In this document: positions 48,425 through 57,745 of the stretch, piece by piece
Layout of the letters: each line of letters begins with the position of its first letter
Position numbering within the stretch: position 1 is the first letter of the stretch
DNA from: Candidatus Poriferihabitaceae bacterium
Lineage (GTDB): Bacteria > Pseudomonadota > Gammaproteobacteria > Arenicellales > Poriferihabitantaceae
Assembly (NCBI GenBank): GCA_965214055.1
Contig: OZ243931.1
Location: 2,671,380-2,735,379, forward strand
Direction: 5' to 3'
Length of the DNA stretch: 64,000 nucleotides
The notes under the pieces: model-generated
What the model was told of the DNA's origin: nothing
What the model saw: the letters and a program-made list of their open reading frames with translations, nothing else
The model's database searches: none
Program-made: the position numbers and the translations under genes

Positions 48425-49255
48425 TCAATGGTCTGCACAACCGGATGGAGGCGGGGAAGGAAAGACAGGGTGAAAGCACATAAACACATTATAACAAGCA
48501 TACCCGGACGGGTATCCATCTGACAAGCATCCTTTTTCAGATGTGTAGGGAAAGCCTCCTTCTGCCGATGCGGTGCCACCCGCAGACTCCCTATTACTTC
48601 TTAAAATACGCCTGCGTCCGGTCTCGACCCAAAAATGCCCGGTAAAGGTTTCAAACCTTTCTGTACATTGTTCCAGGCCTTTTCCGCCATGTCCTTGCAT
48701 ATCTCTTATAAATTGCTCGGTTTCAGCAGGACGGTCAAACAGTTCTTCATTTAGGAATTCTATAGTCTCTAAGGATGCAATCATGGCAACATCCTTACCC
48801 AGCTTCATAGCACTGGCTTTGCATTCGTCCTATTCCTGGTCCTCCATGTAGCCTTCCTTGTACAAGGCATCAAAAATTTCTGGAATTTTGCTGTAGCTTT
48901 GAATCAGATAGTCAAAATCTGTAGCGTCTTTTGGACGCAATTCAATCTCTCTGTCCAGCCATGAAATCAGTTTAAGCAAGCAAACTCCTGCAGGAGAAGC
49001 CACAGAAATAATACTATCTGGCGCCTCACTGATTTGCACATCCAACGCATGTTTGAATGCTTCCTGAAAACCGTGCACCTTCATTTCGAAGTTCTGTTTG
49101 GGTGGCCAATGAATACTGTGGTTTTCATCTGCAATTTTGCCAAAAGGGATAATATCAATTTCCCATGGCGGGCCATCTTTACCTTCATGGGTTAATCGGT
49201 GAATTTTGCGCGCATCCTGCTCATAGCCTGTCTGCAATAAGCGGTCTCTTTCCAA
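48425..49255 (-). pseudogene. nucleotidyltransferase-like gene remnant (in-frame TAG, 5' truncation)
   Basis: Two ORFs (48830-49255 and 48425-48808) are in the same frame and separated by a single TAG: ..KEGYMEDQE*DECKASAMKLGKDVAM... The upstream part (..PPWEIDIIPFGKIADE..WPP..MKVHGFQEAFKHA..) resembles predicted nucleotidyltransferase families. There is no ATG, and the frame closes about 60 nt upstream. Confidence 0.45.
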
Positions 49256-49342
49256 GGCACTGCACAGAGTAAAAGAATTGAAGTCATTGATCTGGAGAGG
49301 GTGGTTGCCATTGCACCAGCGCGCGGCTCAGTTCAACGATCT

Positions 49343-49370
49343 TATTGGCCGTGCTGACGCACGGCCAATA
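49343..49370. other. perfect 12-bp stem / 4-nt loop hairpin
   Basis: TATTGGCCGTGC tgac GCACGGCCAATA. No adjoining T-run. It lies at the 5' edge of the pseudogene remnant. Confidence 0.6.
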
Positions 49371-49396
49371 AAAGCCTATTCTTTATGTTGTAACAA

Positions 49397-49438
49397 ACAC
49401 CTGCACAACTTGAACTCCTAACACTGCACAACTTGAAC
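49397..49438 (+). repeat. tandem direct repeat ACAC(C)TGCACAACTTGAAC x2 upstream of rpsF
   Basis: CTGCACAACTTGAAC occurs at 49401-49415 and again at 49424-49438. Each copy ends in a -35-like TTGAAC. A TATAGAAT -10-like box follows the second copy after about 19 nt. Confidence 0.6.
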
Positions 49439-49587
49439 CTTGCGGCGGATGACAAGTTCATATAGAATCGCGTCCGCTTCAGGCGCTCAGTTGCTTTGTG
49501 AGCAAAATGACGATTCAAAAATTACTCCTTTCTTCACCACGTCAGGGAACTCCCCGGTGGGAAGATTCCAACCCGTAGGGAGAACCC

Positions 49588-50166
49588 ATGAGACACTACG
49601 AAATTGTATTTCTGGTCCATCCGGACCAGAGCAAGCAGGTGCCCGCCATGATCGAGCGGTATTCCGAGATGGTCACCACCTCGGAAGGCCAGATACACCG
49701 CTCGGAAGATTGGGGCCGCCGGCGCTTGGCCTATATGATCAATGACGTTCACAAGGCGCATTATGTGCTTATGAACATTGAATGCGACCTCTCCGTTCTG
49801 GCGGAAATTCAGAAAAACTTCAAATTCAACGATTCCGTTCTGCGACACCTTGTGGTACGACGCCAGGCCGCGATTACGGAAGCGTCTGCCATTGCCCGAC
49901 AAAAGGCAAAGGATGATGCACCCGAAGACACGGCGACGGCAAAACCGGCACCGGCTGCCGCCAAAGCGCCTGAAACTAAAGCGCCTGAAACTAAAGCGCC
50001 TGAACCTAAAGCACCTGAAACTACTGAAGCTGCCAAAGAGCCCGAAACTGCTGCAGCCGAAACGACTGAACCGGCCGAAGCAAAGCAGGGCGAAAGCGAC
50101 GAAGCGGGTAAAATCGGAAACTCCGCAAAAGAGGGCGCAACACAAGAGAAGGGGGAAGCAGGATAA
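49588..50166 (+). CDS. rpsF: 30S ribosomal protein S6 with extended repetitive C-terminal tail
   Basis: [27 protein letters not shown] is canonical S6. The protein is 192 aa because of a Lys/Pro/Glu/Ala-rich tail ([20 protein letters not shown]...). Confidence 0.95.
   Translation: MRHYEIVFLVHPDQSKQVPAMIERYSEMVTTSEGQIHRSEDWGRRRLAYMINDVHKAHYVLMNIECDLSVLAEIQKNFKFNDSVLRHLVVRRQAAITEASAIARQKAKDDAPEDTATAKPAPAAAKAPETKAPETKAPEPKAPETTEAAKEPETAAAETTEPAEAKQGESDEAGKIGNSAKEGATQEKGEAG
49966..50025 (+). repeat. 4 x 15-nt tandem repeat inside rpsF (encodes APETK units)
   Basis: The four units are GCGCCTGAAACTAAA, GCGCCTGAAACTAAA, GCGCCTGAACCTAAA and GCACCTGAAACTACT. Confidence 0.85.
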
Positions 50167-50396
50167 TGGCCAGATTTCAACGACGACCCAGATACTGCAA
50201 ATTCACGGCCGAAGGCATTCAGTCCATTGAGTATACCGACCTGCATCTGCTGACTCCAAACATCAGTGAGACGGGAAAGATCCTGCCCCGGCGCAGCACA
50301 GGCACCAAGGCGCATTACCAGCGCCAGTTGGCCACGGCGATCAAGCGTGCCCGGTTCCTGGCCCTCATCCCATACACTGACCAGCACGATAACTAG
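50166..50396 (+). CDS. rpsR: 30S ribosomal protein S18
   Basis: 76 aa. ..[55 protein letters not shown] overlap with rpsF. Confidence 0.95.
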   Translation: MARFQRRPRYCKFTAEGIQSIEYTDLHLLTPNISETGKILPRRSTGTKAHYQRQLATAIKRARFLALIPYTDQHDN

Positions 50397-50408
50397 GGAG
50401 ATCATCCG

Positions 50409-50951
50409 ATGGAAATTATTCTGCTTGAGAACGTCCAGAATGTCGGGGACATTGGCGATCTGGTGGAAGTCAGGAACGGATATGCCCGCAACTACCTGAT
50501 TCCACAGAAAAAAGCTATGATGGCAACCGCTGAGGCCAAAAAAGAAGCGGAAGAAAAACAACGACAGCTTGCCGAAGCGGAAGGGAAGCAACTGGTGGTA
50601 CTCAAGGCCAGGGCCGAAACGATGGTCCGGGAGGTTACCCTGATACGGCTGTGCCGGGAGGAAGGCCAGTTGTACGGTTCGGTATCCCCCGCGGATATTG
50701 CCGAAGCGCTGACTGAGACCGGTACTCCAATTGACAAATCGGAAGTCCTCCACCCGGAAGGTCCCATCAAACAGGTGGGCGATTACGAGGTGGAAGTCGT
50801 TCTGCACCCTGAAATCCGGTTCACGGTGAAGGTCCAGGTCCAGGGCGACAGCACGCCTGGCCCCGTGGCCACCGAAATCCCCCGTGAAGAAGCTGAAAAT
50901 GGACCGGATGACGTGAACACCGGAGATTCTGACACCACCGATACCCCCTGA
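50409..50951 (+). CDS. rplI: 50S ribosomal protein L9 with acidic C-terminal extension
   Basis: MEIILLENVQNVGDIGDLVEVRNGYARNYLIPQKKA is canonical L9. About 30 extra C-terminal residues are rich in D/E/T/P. Confidence 0.95.
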   Translation: MEIILLENVQNVGDIGDLVEVRNGYARNYLIPQKKAMMATAEAKKEAEEKQRQLAEAEGKQLVVLKARAETMVREVTLIRLCREEGQLYGSVSPADIAEALTETGTPIDKSEVLHPEGPIKQVGDYEVEVVLHPEIRFTVKVQVQGDSTPGPVATEIPREEAENGPDDVNTGDSDTTDTP

Positions 50952-51242
50952 CGCCAGCTGCCGGTTGACTGGCCATGAGGTACCGATCCCGGTGCTTTTG
51001 CTGCTCATTGGTGTCCAACTTCACGGAGCGGTCGAAAGAGCGGGCGTAGGTCCTTGAATATGCAGATACCCCCCTTTTCGGGGAACGGTCTTGATGGCGG
51101 GGAGTGCAGGACGAAGTTCCTCTGTCCACCCGGAAAACCGCTGTGCGAAAGGAGGCATCCCCCATGCGAAATATTGGCTCCGATCGGTAAGTACGGTATC
51201 CTATGGACACTGTCCAGCAACCTGATCCATTGATTCCAGACA

Positions 51243-52619
51243 TTGGCCGACCCCGCTAAATTAATCGCCGCTTCTCCAAAAACCCCTCCCCAGGCACTGG
51301 AAGCGGAGCAGTCCCTGTTGGGTGGTTTGCTCCTGGACAATCGTCGATGGGATGAGGTGGTGGACGAGGTCGGGATTCACGATTTTTATAACCAGAATCA
51401 TCGACTCATTTTTCAGGCCATTTCCGGCCTGCAGGGGCGGGGAGACCCGGCGGATGCCGTCACCACATCGGAATGGCTGGAAAACGAAGGCAATCTGGAG
51501 GCCGCAGGTGGCCTGGCCTATCTGGGAAATCTTGCGAACAACACGCCAAGTACGGCCAATATCCTGACCTATGCGAAAATTGTCCGGGAACGCTCGATAT
51601 TGCGTTCCCTGATCAGCGCTGCCAACGATATCTCCGATTCGGCCTATCACCCCAAGGGCCGCACTCCCCGCCAGGTGCTGGACGAGGCGGAGCAGCTGGT
51701 GTTCGATATTTCAGAACGGGACGGACGCAGTCAAAAGGGATTCAGTTCTATCAAGGACTTACTGGCCCGTTCTGTCGAACGAATTACCGAGTTGCATGAG
51801 TCCGGCGATGGCATAACGGGTATTTCCACGGGGTTTGCGGACCTGGACGCTGAAACCTCGGGGCTGCAGGCTGGAGACCTGGTCATTGTGGCCGGTCGGC
51901 CATCCATGGGAAAAACTTCCTTTGCCATGAATATCGCGGAATATGTTGCCGTGGAAAAAAAGCTCCCGGTTGCGGTATTCAGCCTGGAGATGCCCGGGGA
52001 ACAGCTTGCGATGCGCATGCTGTCGTCTCTGGGACGCATCAATTCCAACCGGGTCCGTACCGGGAAACTGGCGGATGAAGACTGGCCAAGATTGAATTCT
52101 GCCATGGGATTGCTCGACAGTTCGTTGCTGTTCGTGGATGATTCTGCATCGCTCAATGCCATGGATCTGCGCTCAAGAGCTCGAAGGTTATATCGGGAAA
52201 ACAATAAGCTGGGGCTGATTATTGTTGATTATATTCAACTGATGCATACCGCTGAGACCAGTGAAAACCGGGCCACGGAAATTTCCGGAATTACCCGTTC
52301 ATTGAAGATACTGGCCAAGGAACTGGATGTTCCCGTGCTGGCATTGTCCCAGTTGAACCGGCGACTGGAAGAACGGACCAACAAACGCCCGATCATGTCG
52401 GACCTGCGGGAATCGGGAGCGATTGAGCAGGATGCGGATGTGATTTTCTTTATATACCGGGATGAAGTGTACAATGAAGAAAGCGAGCAGAAGGGGACGG
52501 CAGAGATCATTATCGGCAAACAGCGCAATGGTCCCATTGGAAAGATTAACCTGGCTTTCCTCGGAGAGTATACCCGTTTTGAAAATCTTGCCCGCCACGG
52601 TGCGGGATACCCCGAATAA
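51243..52619 (+). CDS. dnaB: replicative DNA helicase DnaB
   Basis: 458 aa. PPQALEAEQSLLGGLLLDN and GRPSMGKTSFAMN Walker A, with RecA-like C-terminal motifs. The start must be TTG because an in-frame TGA lies 10 nt upstream. Confidence 0.95.
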   Translation: MADPAKLIAASPKTPPQALEAEQSLLGGLLLDNRRWDEVVDEVGIHDFYNQNHRLIFQAISGLQGRGDPADAVTTSEWLENEGNLEAAGGLAYLGNLANNTPSTANILTYAKIVRERSILRSLISAANDISDSAYHPKGRTPRQVLDEAEQLVFDISERDGRSQKGFSSIKDLLARSVERITELHESGDGITGISTGFADLDAETSGLQAGDLVIVAGRPSMGKTSFAMNIAEYVAVEKKLPVAVFSLEMPGEQLAMRMLSSLGRINSNRVRTGKLADEDWPRLNSAMGLLDSSLLFVDDSASLNAMDLRSRARRLYRENNKLGLIIVDYIQLMHTAETSENRATEISGITRSLKILAKELDVPVLALSQLNRRLEERTNKRPIMSDLRESGAIEQDADVIFFIYRDEVYNEESEQKGTAEIIIGKQRNGPIGKINLAFLGEYTRFENLARHGAGYPE

Positions 52620-52651
52620 CCGCCGTTCCCGACCGATCCCGACCCAGAATC

Positions 52652-53752
52652 TTGCCGAATCCCCGTTTCGATGATCACTGGCGGGCCCGGGCAGTGATTG
52701 ATACCTCTTCACTGGACCACAATATTCGCCAGATCAGGCTGAACGCCCGGAACTCGAGACTGATGGCCGTGGTCAAGGCGGATGCGTATGGGCATGGCCT
52801 GGAAAATATCTGCACCGCAGCGGTGGAACAGGTTGATGCATTTGCCGTGGCGACCATTCAAGAGGGTATCATCTGCCGGGAACTGCAATCGCTCAAGCCG
52901 ATCATTGTCCTGTCGGAATTCTGGCATACGGCGCAATTGAGGGATTTTGAGCACTTTGACATGCAGCCCGTCGTACACACTCCCTCGCAGATTGACTACC
53001 TGATGGAATATGCCGGCAGGCCGCTTTCCGTCTGGATAAAATGCGATAGTGGAATGAATCGTCTTGGAATTTCCATGGAGACGCTGAAAAAGGTCTACCG
53101 GCAACTGTCGTCCCAACAGAATATCCGGAGAATTCGTATCATGTCGCATCTGGCGAATGCGGACATTCCCGGAGACGGGTTTACGTCCCATCAGCTTGGA
53201 ATATTCAGGAAGTATTCCCGTTTTGCCCAATGCGAAAGAAGCCTCGCCAATACAGCAGGAGTCATGCACTGGCCGCAAACCCATTTCGACTGGGTCAGGC
53301 CGGGGCTCATGATGTATGGGGTTTCTCCCTTTGGGCCGGAGCCGGAAGCGCGGGTTCCGCTGAAACCGGTGATGCAGCTGAAAGCGCGCATCATTGCGGT
53401 GAAAACCGTGCAGTCCGGGGAGCCGGTAGGATATGGCGGCATCCATCGAACTGCGCGCAAATCCAGAATTGCCATGGTGGGCCTGGGGTACGGCGATGGA
53501 TATCCCAGAGGAGTGGATGACCGGGCCTGTGTCCGGGTCAAACACTTCCGGGCACCGATTATCGGCAGAATTTCAATGGACATGATCACCATCGACCTGA
53601 CGGGATTCGGGGAGATTGGAATCGGCGAGGAAGTGACCCTTTGGGGACCGGACCTGCCCGTGGAAGAAGTTGCGGATTGGGCCGGGACCATTCCCTATGA
53701 GTTGCTGTGCAAGGTGACTCCGAGAATCCCGAGAACCATCCGGGGGAAATAA
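52652..53752 (+). CDS. alr: alanine racemase
   Basis: VVKADAYGHG (PLP lysine) and ..GYGDGYPR.. motifs. The start codon is uncertain (TTG 52652 in the ORF track). Confidence 0.9.
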   Translation: MPNPRFDDHWRARAVIDTSSLDHNIRQIRLNARNSRLMAVVKADAYGHGLENICTAAVEQVDAFAVATIQEGIICRELQSLKPIIVLSEFWHTAQLRDFEHFDMQPVVHTPSQIDYLMEYAGRPLSVWIKCDSGMNRLGISMETLKKVYRQLSSQQNIRRIRIMSHLANADIPGDGFTSHQLGIFRKYSRFAQCERSLANTAGVMHWPQTHFDWVRPGLMMYGVSPFGPEPEARVPLKPVMQLKARIIAVKTVQSGEPVGYGGIHRTARKSRIAMVGLGYGDGYPRGVDDRACVRVKHFRAPIIGRISMDMITIDLTGFGEIGIGEEVTLWGPDLPVEEVADWAGTIPYELLCKVTPRIPRTIRGK

Positions 53753-53753
53753 A

Positions 53754-55121
53754 GTGGGCCAGGCCAGAACCAAAACCGTTTTCTCCTGCAATCAGTGTGG
53801 TGCACAAAGCCCCAAGTGGTCCGGTCTGTGTTCCGGGTGTGGGCAGTGGAACACGCTGGTGGAGCAGACGGTTCGCAAAGACGAGACGAAATCAGGCCGC
53901 TTCGAAGGGATGGCATCCTCCTCACCGGTCCAGTCCCTGGGGGAGATTGCCGTTGACGAAGTGGTCAGGATATCGAGCAGCAGTGCCGAGTTCGACCGGG
54001 TGCTGGGAGGCGGTCTGGTACCGGGTTCCGTGGTGTTGATCGGAGGGGACCCCGGCATTGGAAAATCAACGCTTTTGCTACAGCACCTGTGTGCGATGAG
54101 CCAGCATACCGGGGTACTGTATGCGACGGGAGAGGAATCCGTGGAACAGATTGCCCTGCGCGCCCATCGACTGGGACTCCATGCCGAAAACGTCCGGGTG
54201 ATGGCGGAAAACCGGCTGGAACCCATCCTGGAAGTCGTACAGAATGCCCCTCCGTCGGTTTTGGTGATGGATTCGATCCAGACCTTCTTCAGCGATGCCC
54301 TGGCAGCGGCCCCGGGGAGTGTTTCCCAGGTCCGTGAAACCGCGGCAAGACTGGTCCGGTTCGCCAAACACAGTGGCTGCTGCGTACTGGTTGTGGGACA
54401 TGTCACCAAGGAAGGGGCCATTGCCGGGCCCCGGGTGCTTGAACATATGGTGGATAGCGTCCTGTATTTTGAAGGGGACAGCGCAAACAGCTTCAGATTG
54501 ATCCGGGCCACCAAAAACCGGTTTGGCGCGGTGAATGAAATCGGTGTATTCGCGATGACCGAGCAGGGTTTGCGGGACGTGAACAATCCATCGGCAATGT
54601 TTGTGAGCCGGCACGGGGCGAAGCAGCCCGGCAGTGTGGTGCTGGCCACCCAGGAGGGTACCCGGCCACTTATGGTTGAAATTCAGGCACTGGTGGATGA
54701 AAGTTCCCTCGCCACCCCCCGGCGATTGAGCGTTGGCCTGGAACACAACCGTATTGCCATTCTTCTTGCCATTGCGCATCGCCATCTGGGGGTTTCCCTG
54801 GGCCACTTCGATGTATTTACCAATGTCGCCGGTGGAGTTCGCGTGGCAGAACCCGGGGCGGACCTCGCCGTGTTGCTGGCCATTCTTTCCAGCCTGAAGA
54901 ACCAGGCCGTGGGAAGCGACCTGGTGGTGTTTGGGGAAATCGGTCTTTCCGGGGAACTCCGGCCGGTCCAACGGGGACTGGACCGACTTCGGGAAGCCGA
55001 AAAACTGGGCTTTCAACGAGCCCTGGTCCCCGCCGCGAACAAACCGAAGTCCAGAGGGTTAAAAATGGAGATACTGTCTCCTCGCCGGATTGAGGAAGCC
55101 CTCCAGCTTCTGGGGCTATAG
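53754..55121 (+). CDS. radA: DNA repair protein RadA/Sms
   Basis: CNQCGAQSPKWSGLCSGCGQWNT zinc ribbon, GGDPGIGKSTLLLQ Walker A, KNRFG motif, and a Lon-like C-terminus. GTG start. Confidence 0.95.
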   Translation: MGQARTKTVFSCNQCGAQSPKWSGLCSGCGQWNTLVEQTVRKDETKSGRFEGMASSSPVQSLGEIAVDEVVRISSSSAEFDRVLGGGLVPGSVVLIGGDPGIGKSTLLLQHLCAMSQHTGVLYATGEESVEQIALRAHRLGLHAENVRVMAENRLEPILEVVQNAPPSVLVMDSIQTFFSDALAAAPGSVSQVRETAARLVRFAKHSGCCVLVVGHVTKEGAIAGPRVLEHMVDSVLYFEGDSANSFRLIRATKNRFGAVNEIGVFAMTEQGLRDVNNPSAMFVSRHGAKQPGSVVLATQEGTRPLMVEIQALVDESSLATPRRLSVGLEHNRIAILLAIAHRHLGVSLGHFDVFTNVAGGVRVAEPGADLAVLLAILSSLKNQAVGSDLVVFGEIGLSGELRPVQRGLDRLREAEKLGFQRALVPAANKPKSRGLKMEILSPRRIEEALQLLGL

Positions 55122-55195
55122 CAGTCGGTTACGGTCACGGTTGTCGCCTTACTTTTTTCTATTCCAACTTATGATTCAGCTATCGAGGATTCGTT

Positions 55196-55906
55196 ATGTA
55201 TAAAAATTTCCTTTTGTCAGTACTGGTGCTGTCCCTGGCCATTCTCCCTCCCCTGTCCCGTGCACAGGATGAACCGGAACTGGGTCCCGATGAACGGTAC
55301 GACTATGCAATTGGGGTCATGATCGGCCAACAGCTGTACCGGAGTGTAGCGGACCAGCCGGACATCAACCCGGCAACGGTGCTCCAGGGTATTGCCGATG
55401 TCATGCTCAACGAGGACCTGTTGTTGACGCAAACCGAGGCGGTTGAACTGATTCGCCAGCACCAGCAGGCGCAACAGGCAGAAGTGGCGGCCATGGCCGA
55501 AGAAAACATTGCGGCGGGAACCGCATACCGGGAAGAAAACAGGAGCCGGGACGGGGTAGTGGAAACGGCAAGTGGATTGCAGTATGAGATTCTCCATTCG
55601 GGAGAAACCGATGAAGCCGGTCCCATGGAAACGGATACCGTTGTGGTGCATTACCAGGGCACATTAATCGATGGCACCGTGTTTGACAGCAGTTATGCCC
55701 GGGGGGAACCCGCGGTGTTTTCCTTGGCTTCGATTATCCCGGGGTGGACCGAGGTGTTGCAACTGATGAAACCCGGCGATAAATGGCATGTTACCATCCC
55801 CCCCGACTTGGCTTACGGGGACCAGGGCTCCGGTTCGACGATTGGTCCATTTGAAACACTCCTTTTCGACATCGAGTTGCTTGAAGTGAAGCGGTCCTCC
55901 CAGTAA
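55196..55906 (+). CDS. FKBP-type peptidyl-prolyl cis-trans isomerase (FkpA/Mip-like, secreted)
   Basis: 236 aa. Signal peptide (LLSVLVLSLAILPPLSRA), a dimerisation helix region, and a C-terminal FKBP domain (..VVVHYQGTLIDGTVFDSSY..IPGWTEVLQLM..G.K....IPP.LAYG). Confidence 0.85.
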   Translation: MYKNFLLSVLVLSLAILPPLSRAQDEPELGPDERYDYAIGVMIGQQLYRSVADQPDINPATVLQGIADVMLNEDLLLTQTEAVELIRQHQQAQQAEVAAMAEENIAAGTAYREENRSRDGVVETASGLQYEILHSGETDEAGPMETDTVVVHYQGTLIDGTVFDSSYARGEPAVFSLASIIPGWTEVLQLMKPGDKWHVTIPPDLAYGDQGSGSTIGPFETLLFDIELLEVKRSSQ

Positions 55907-56500
55907 GGACGCTCCTGTCATTCCCAGGAGTGGGGTCCGTTTTCACCGTGCCAGGATGCCGTACCCCGGGGAATCCCCCAAATGGTGCCTGCCAGGCCGC
56001 CGGGGTTGCCCTGTACCGGTTTTACGATGATTCACGATCGGTTCATTCTTGAACGGTATAGTCATGCATATGGCGATTCCCGTTGACCGTACAGACAGGA
56101 TCAATACCCTTACCGGACAGGGCTGGGAGGACGCGGTCAGGACACCGCCAGGGTTCCAGGGGTGGTATCTGAGGGTTGATCGGTGAGGGCCACCAAAGCA
56201 GGAAAAGATCGAAGACGGCGAAGACCGCGGGACAATATGATCCTCGCGGCAGGGCCGTGGAAGACGATGGTGTTGAAAGCGGCATGAAGATGATGAGGCC
56301 GCGTACCCGTACAATGACACCCCCTGCATTGCCCGGACCCGCCATGAGCCGGGCTCCATTGTCCTGGTCCCGGTTATTCCCGTTGAATCCCCTGCATGCC
56401 AGTGGACAGCGGTTCTGTGCGCGGATAGCCGATACGGCCAATGCACATCTTTTTGCAGAAGTGTTACACTTTTCCAGGTAATCCTGTCAGCCCTGTAACT

Positions 56501-56794
56501 GTGCGCAAGTCTCTACCCCTCCACTCCCTGTCGCTGCTGGTTGCCCTGGCAACGGGCAGCCATGCCGGGCACGCACTGGATTCTGAAACCCAACCGGTCC
56601 AGCGCGTTGTCAGCATTCAGGAAGTAGCGGCACAAATACGACAATACAAGCGGTGGGAAATACTGGATGCACGCCCGGCAAAACTCGAATCCGGGGGGAA
56701 GGTCATGAAGTTCAAGTTGCTGAACAAGCGGGGCAGGGTCATCATTATTCACATCGATCCCCATAAACCGAGTTTTGTGCGTTTGGAAGAATGA
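56501..56794 (+). CDS. PepSY domain-containing small periplasmic protein
   Basis: I placed the start at GTG 56501 (VRKSLPLHSLSLLVALATGSHA signal peptide). The C-terminal ..WEILDARPAKLESGGKVMKFKLLNKRGRVIIIHIDP looks PepSY-like. ATGA overlap with the response regulator gene. Confidence 0.6.
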   Translation: MRKSLPLHSLSLLVALATGSHAGHALDSETQPVQRVVSIQEVAAQIRQYKRWEILDARPAKLESGGKVMKFKLLNKRGRVIIIHIDPHKPSFVRLEE

Positions 56795-57486
56795 GAATTC
56801 TGATCATCGAAGATGAAATCAGGCTGCGGGACTATCTCACAGAGAAGTTCCGGCAGATCGGGTATGCCGTTGACAGCGCCCGGGATGGGGAAGAAGGACT
56901 GTACTATGGACTGGAATACCCGGTTGATCTCGCGATCATTGACTTGGGGCTGCCAAAAATACCCGGGATTGAACTGATCAAGAGGTTGAGAAATGCAGGA
57001 AAAACCTACCCCATCCTGATCCTGACGGTACGGTCGCGATGGCAGGACAAGGTGGAAGGGCTGGAAGTCGGTGCTGACGACTACATGGTGAAGCAGTTTA
57101 ATTTTGAAGAACTGCGGGCCCGGGTCGCGGCGTTGATCCGGCGCACCGGGGGGCATACCACTTCCATACTTGAAAACGGGGCCATCAAGCTCGATACCCT
57201 GACCCAGGATGTGTATGTGAATGATCGGCGCCTGGAAGGGGAACAGGAACTCACCGCATTCGAGTATCGAATGCTTCATTACCTGATGATCCATCCGGGG
57301 AAGGTGGTGTCGAAAATGGAACTGATCGAACATCTGTATGACGAGGATACGGACCCCGACAGCAATGTCATCGAGGTGTTTGTGGGCCGATTGCGTAAAA
57401 AACTGGGTTCCGATCACCGGATCAGTCCAATTGAAACCCTCAGGAGTCGAGGCTATCGCCTGGTGGATTTCAAGAAGGAGCGCTGA
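56791..57486 (+). CDS. OmpR/PhoB-family response regulator
   Basis: 231 aa. MRILIIEDE..DLAIIDLGLP receiver domain and a winged-helix C-terminus (..VEVFVGRLRKKLG...I.T.RG.GY.L). Confidence 0.9.
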   Translation: MRILIIEDEIRLRDYLTEKFRQIGYAVDSARDGEEGLYYGLEYPVDLAIIDLGLPKIPGIELIKRLRNAGKTYPILILTVRSRWQDKVEGLEVGADDYMVKQFNFEELRARVAALIRRTGGHTTSILENGAIKLDTLTQDVYVNDRRLEGEQELTAFEYRMLHYLMIHPGKVVSKMELIEHLYDEDTDPDSNVIEVFVGRLRKKLGSDHRISPIETLRSRGYRLVDFKKER

Positions 57487-57745
57487 AACCGGGCTCCCCG
57501 TGACTTTCCGGATACGACGGCTTGAAAACAGACTTTTCCGACGCTCCCTGTTCGGGTTCAAGGTCCCCGCCCCAGGCGTGTACCCGATCATGGCAAGACC
57601 AAAGAACCCGCGAGTGCAGGATATCCCGGTAATGTCTCCCCAAAAAGATGCCGGTCATGTCAGGCAGGCACAGGGGTGGCGCGGACCCGATTTTCTCGGA
57701 CATGCGCGGTTTGAAACTTTTGCTTCACCTCTCCCGGTTTGCTGA

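Noticed and set aside
50166-50168. Absence of priB between rpsF and rpsR
   Set aside because: The rpsF-rpsR-rplI order without priB is common outside enterobacteria, so this is not an anomaly.
49809-51008. 399-aa minus-strand ORF
   Set aside because: It is antisense to rpsF-rpsR-rplI. It is low-complexity (Ser/Gly/Ala runs mirroring the S6 tail repeat) and has no independent signals.
57535-57575. tRNA-like T-arm (GGGTTCAAGGTCCCC) inside the regulator-kinase spacer
   Set aside because: The stem is only 3-4 bp with an 8-nt loop. No D-arm, anticodon arm or acceptor stem can be drawn around it.
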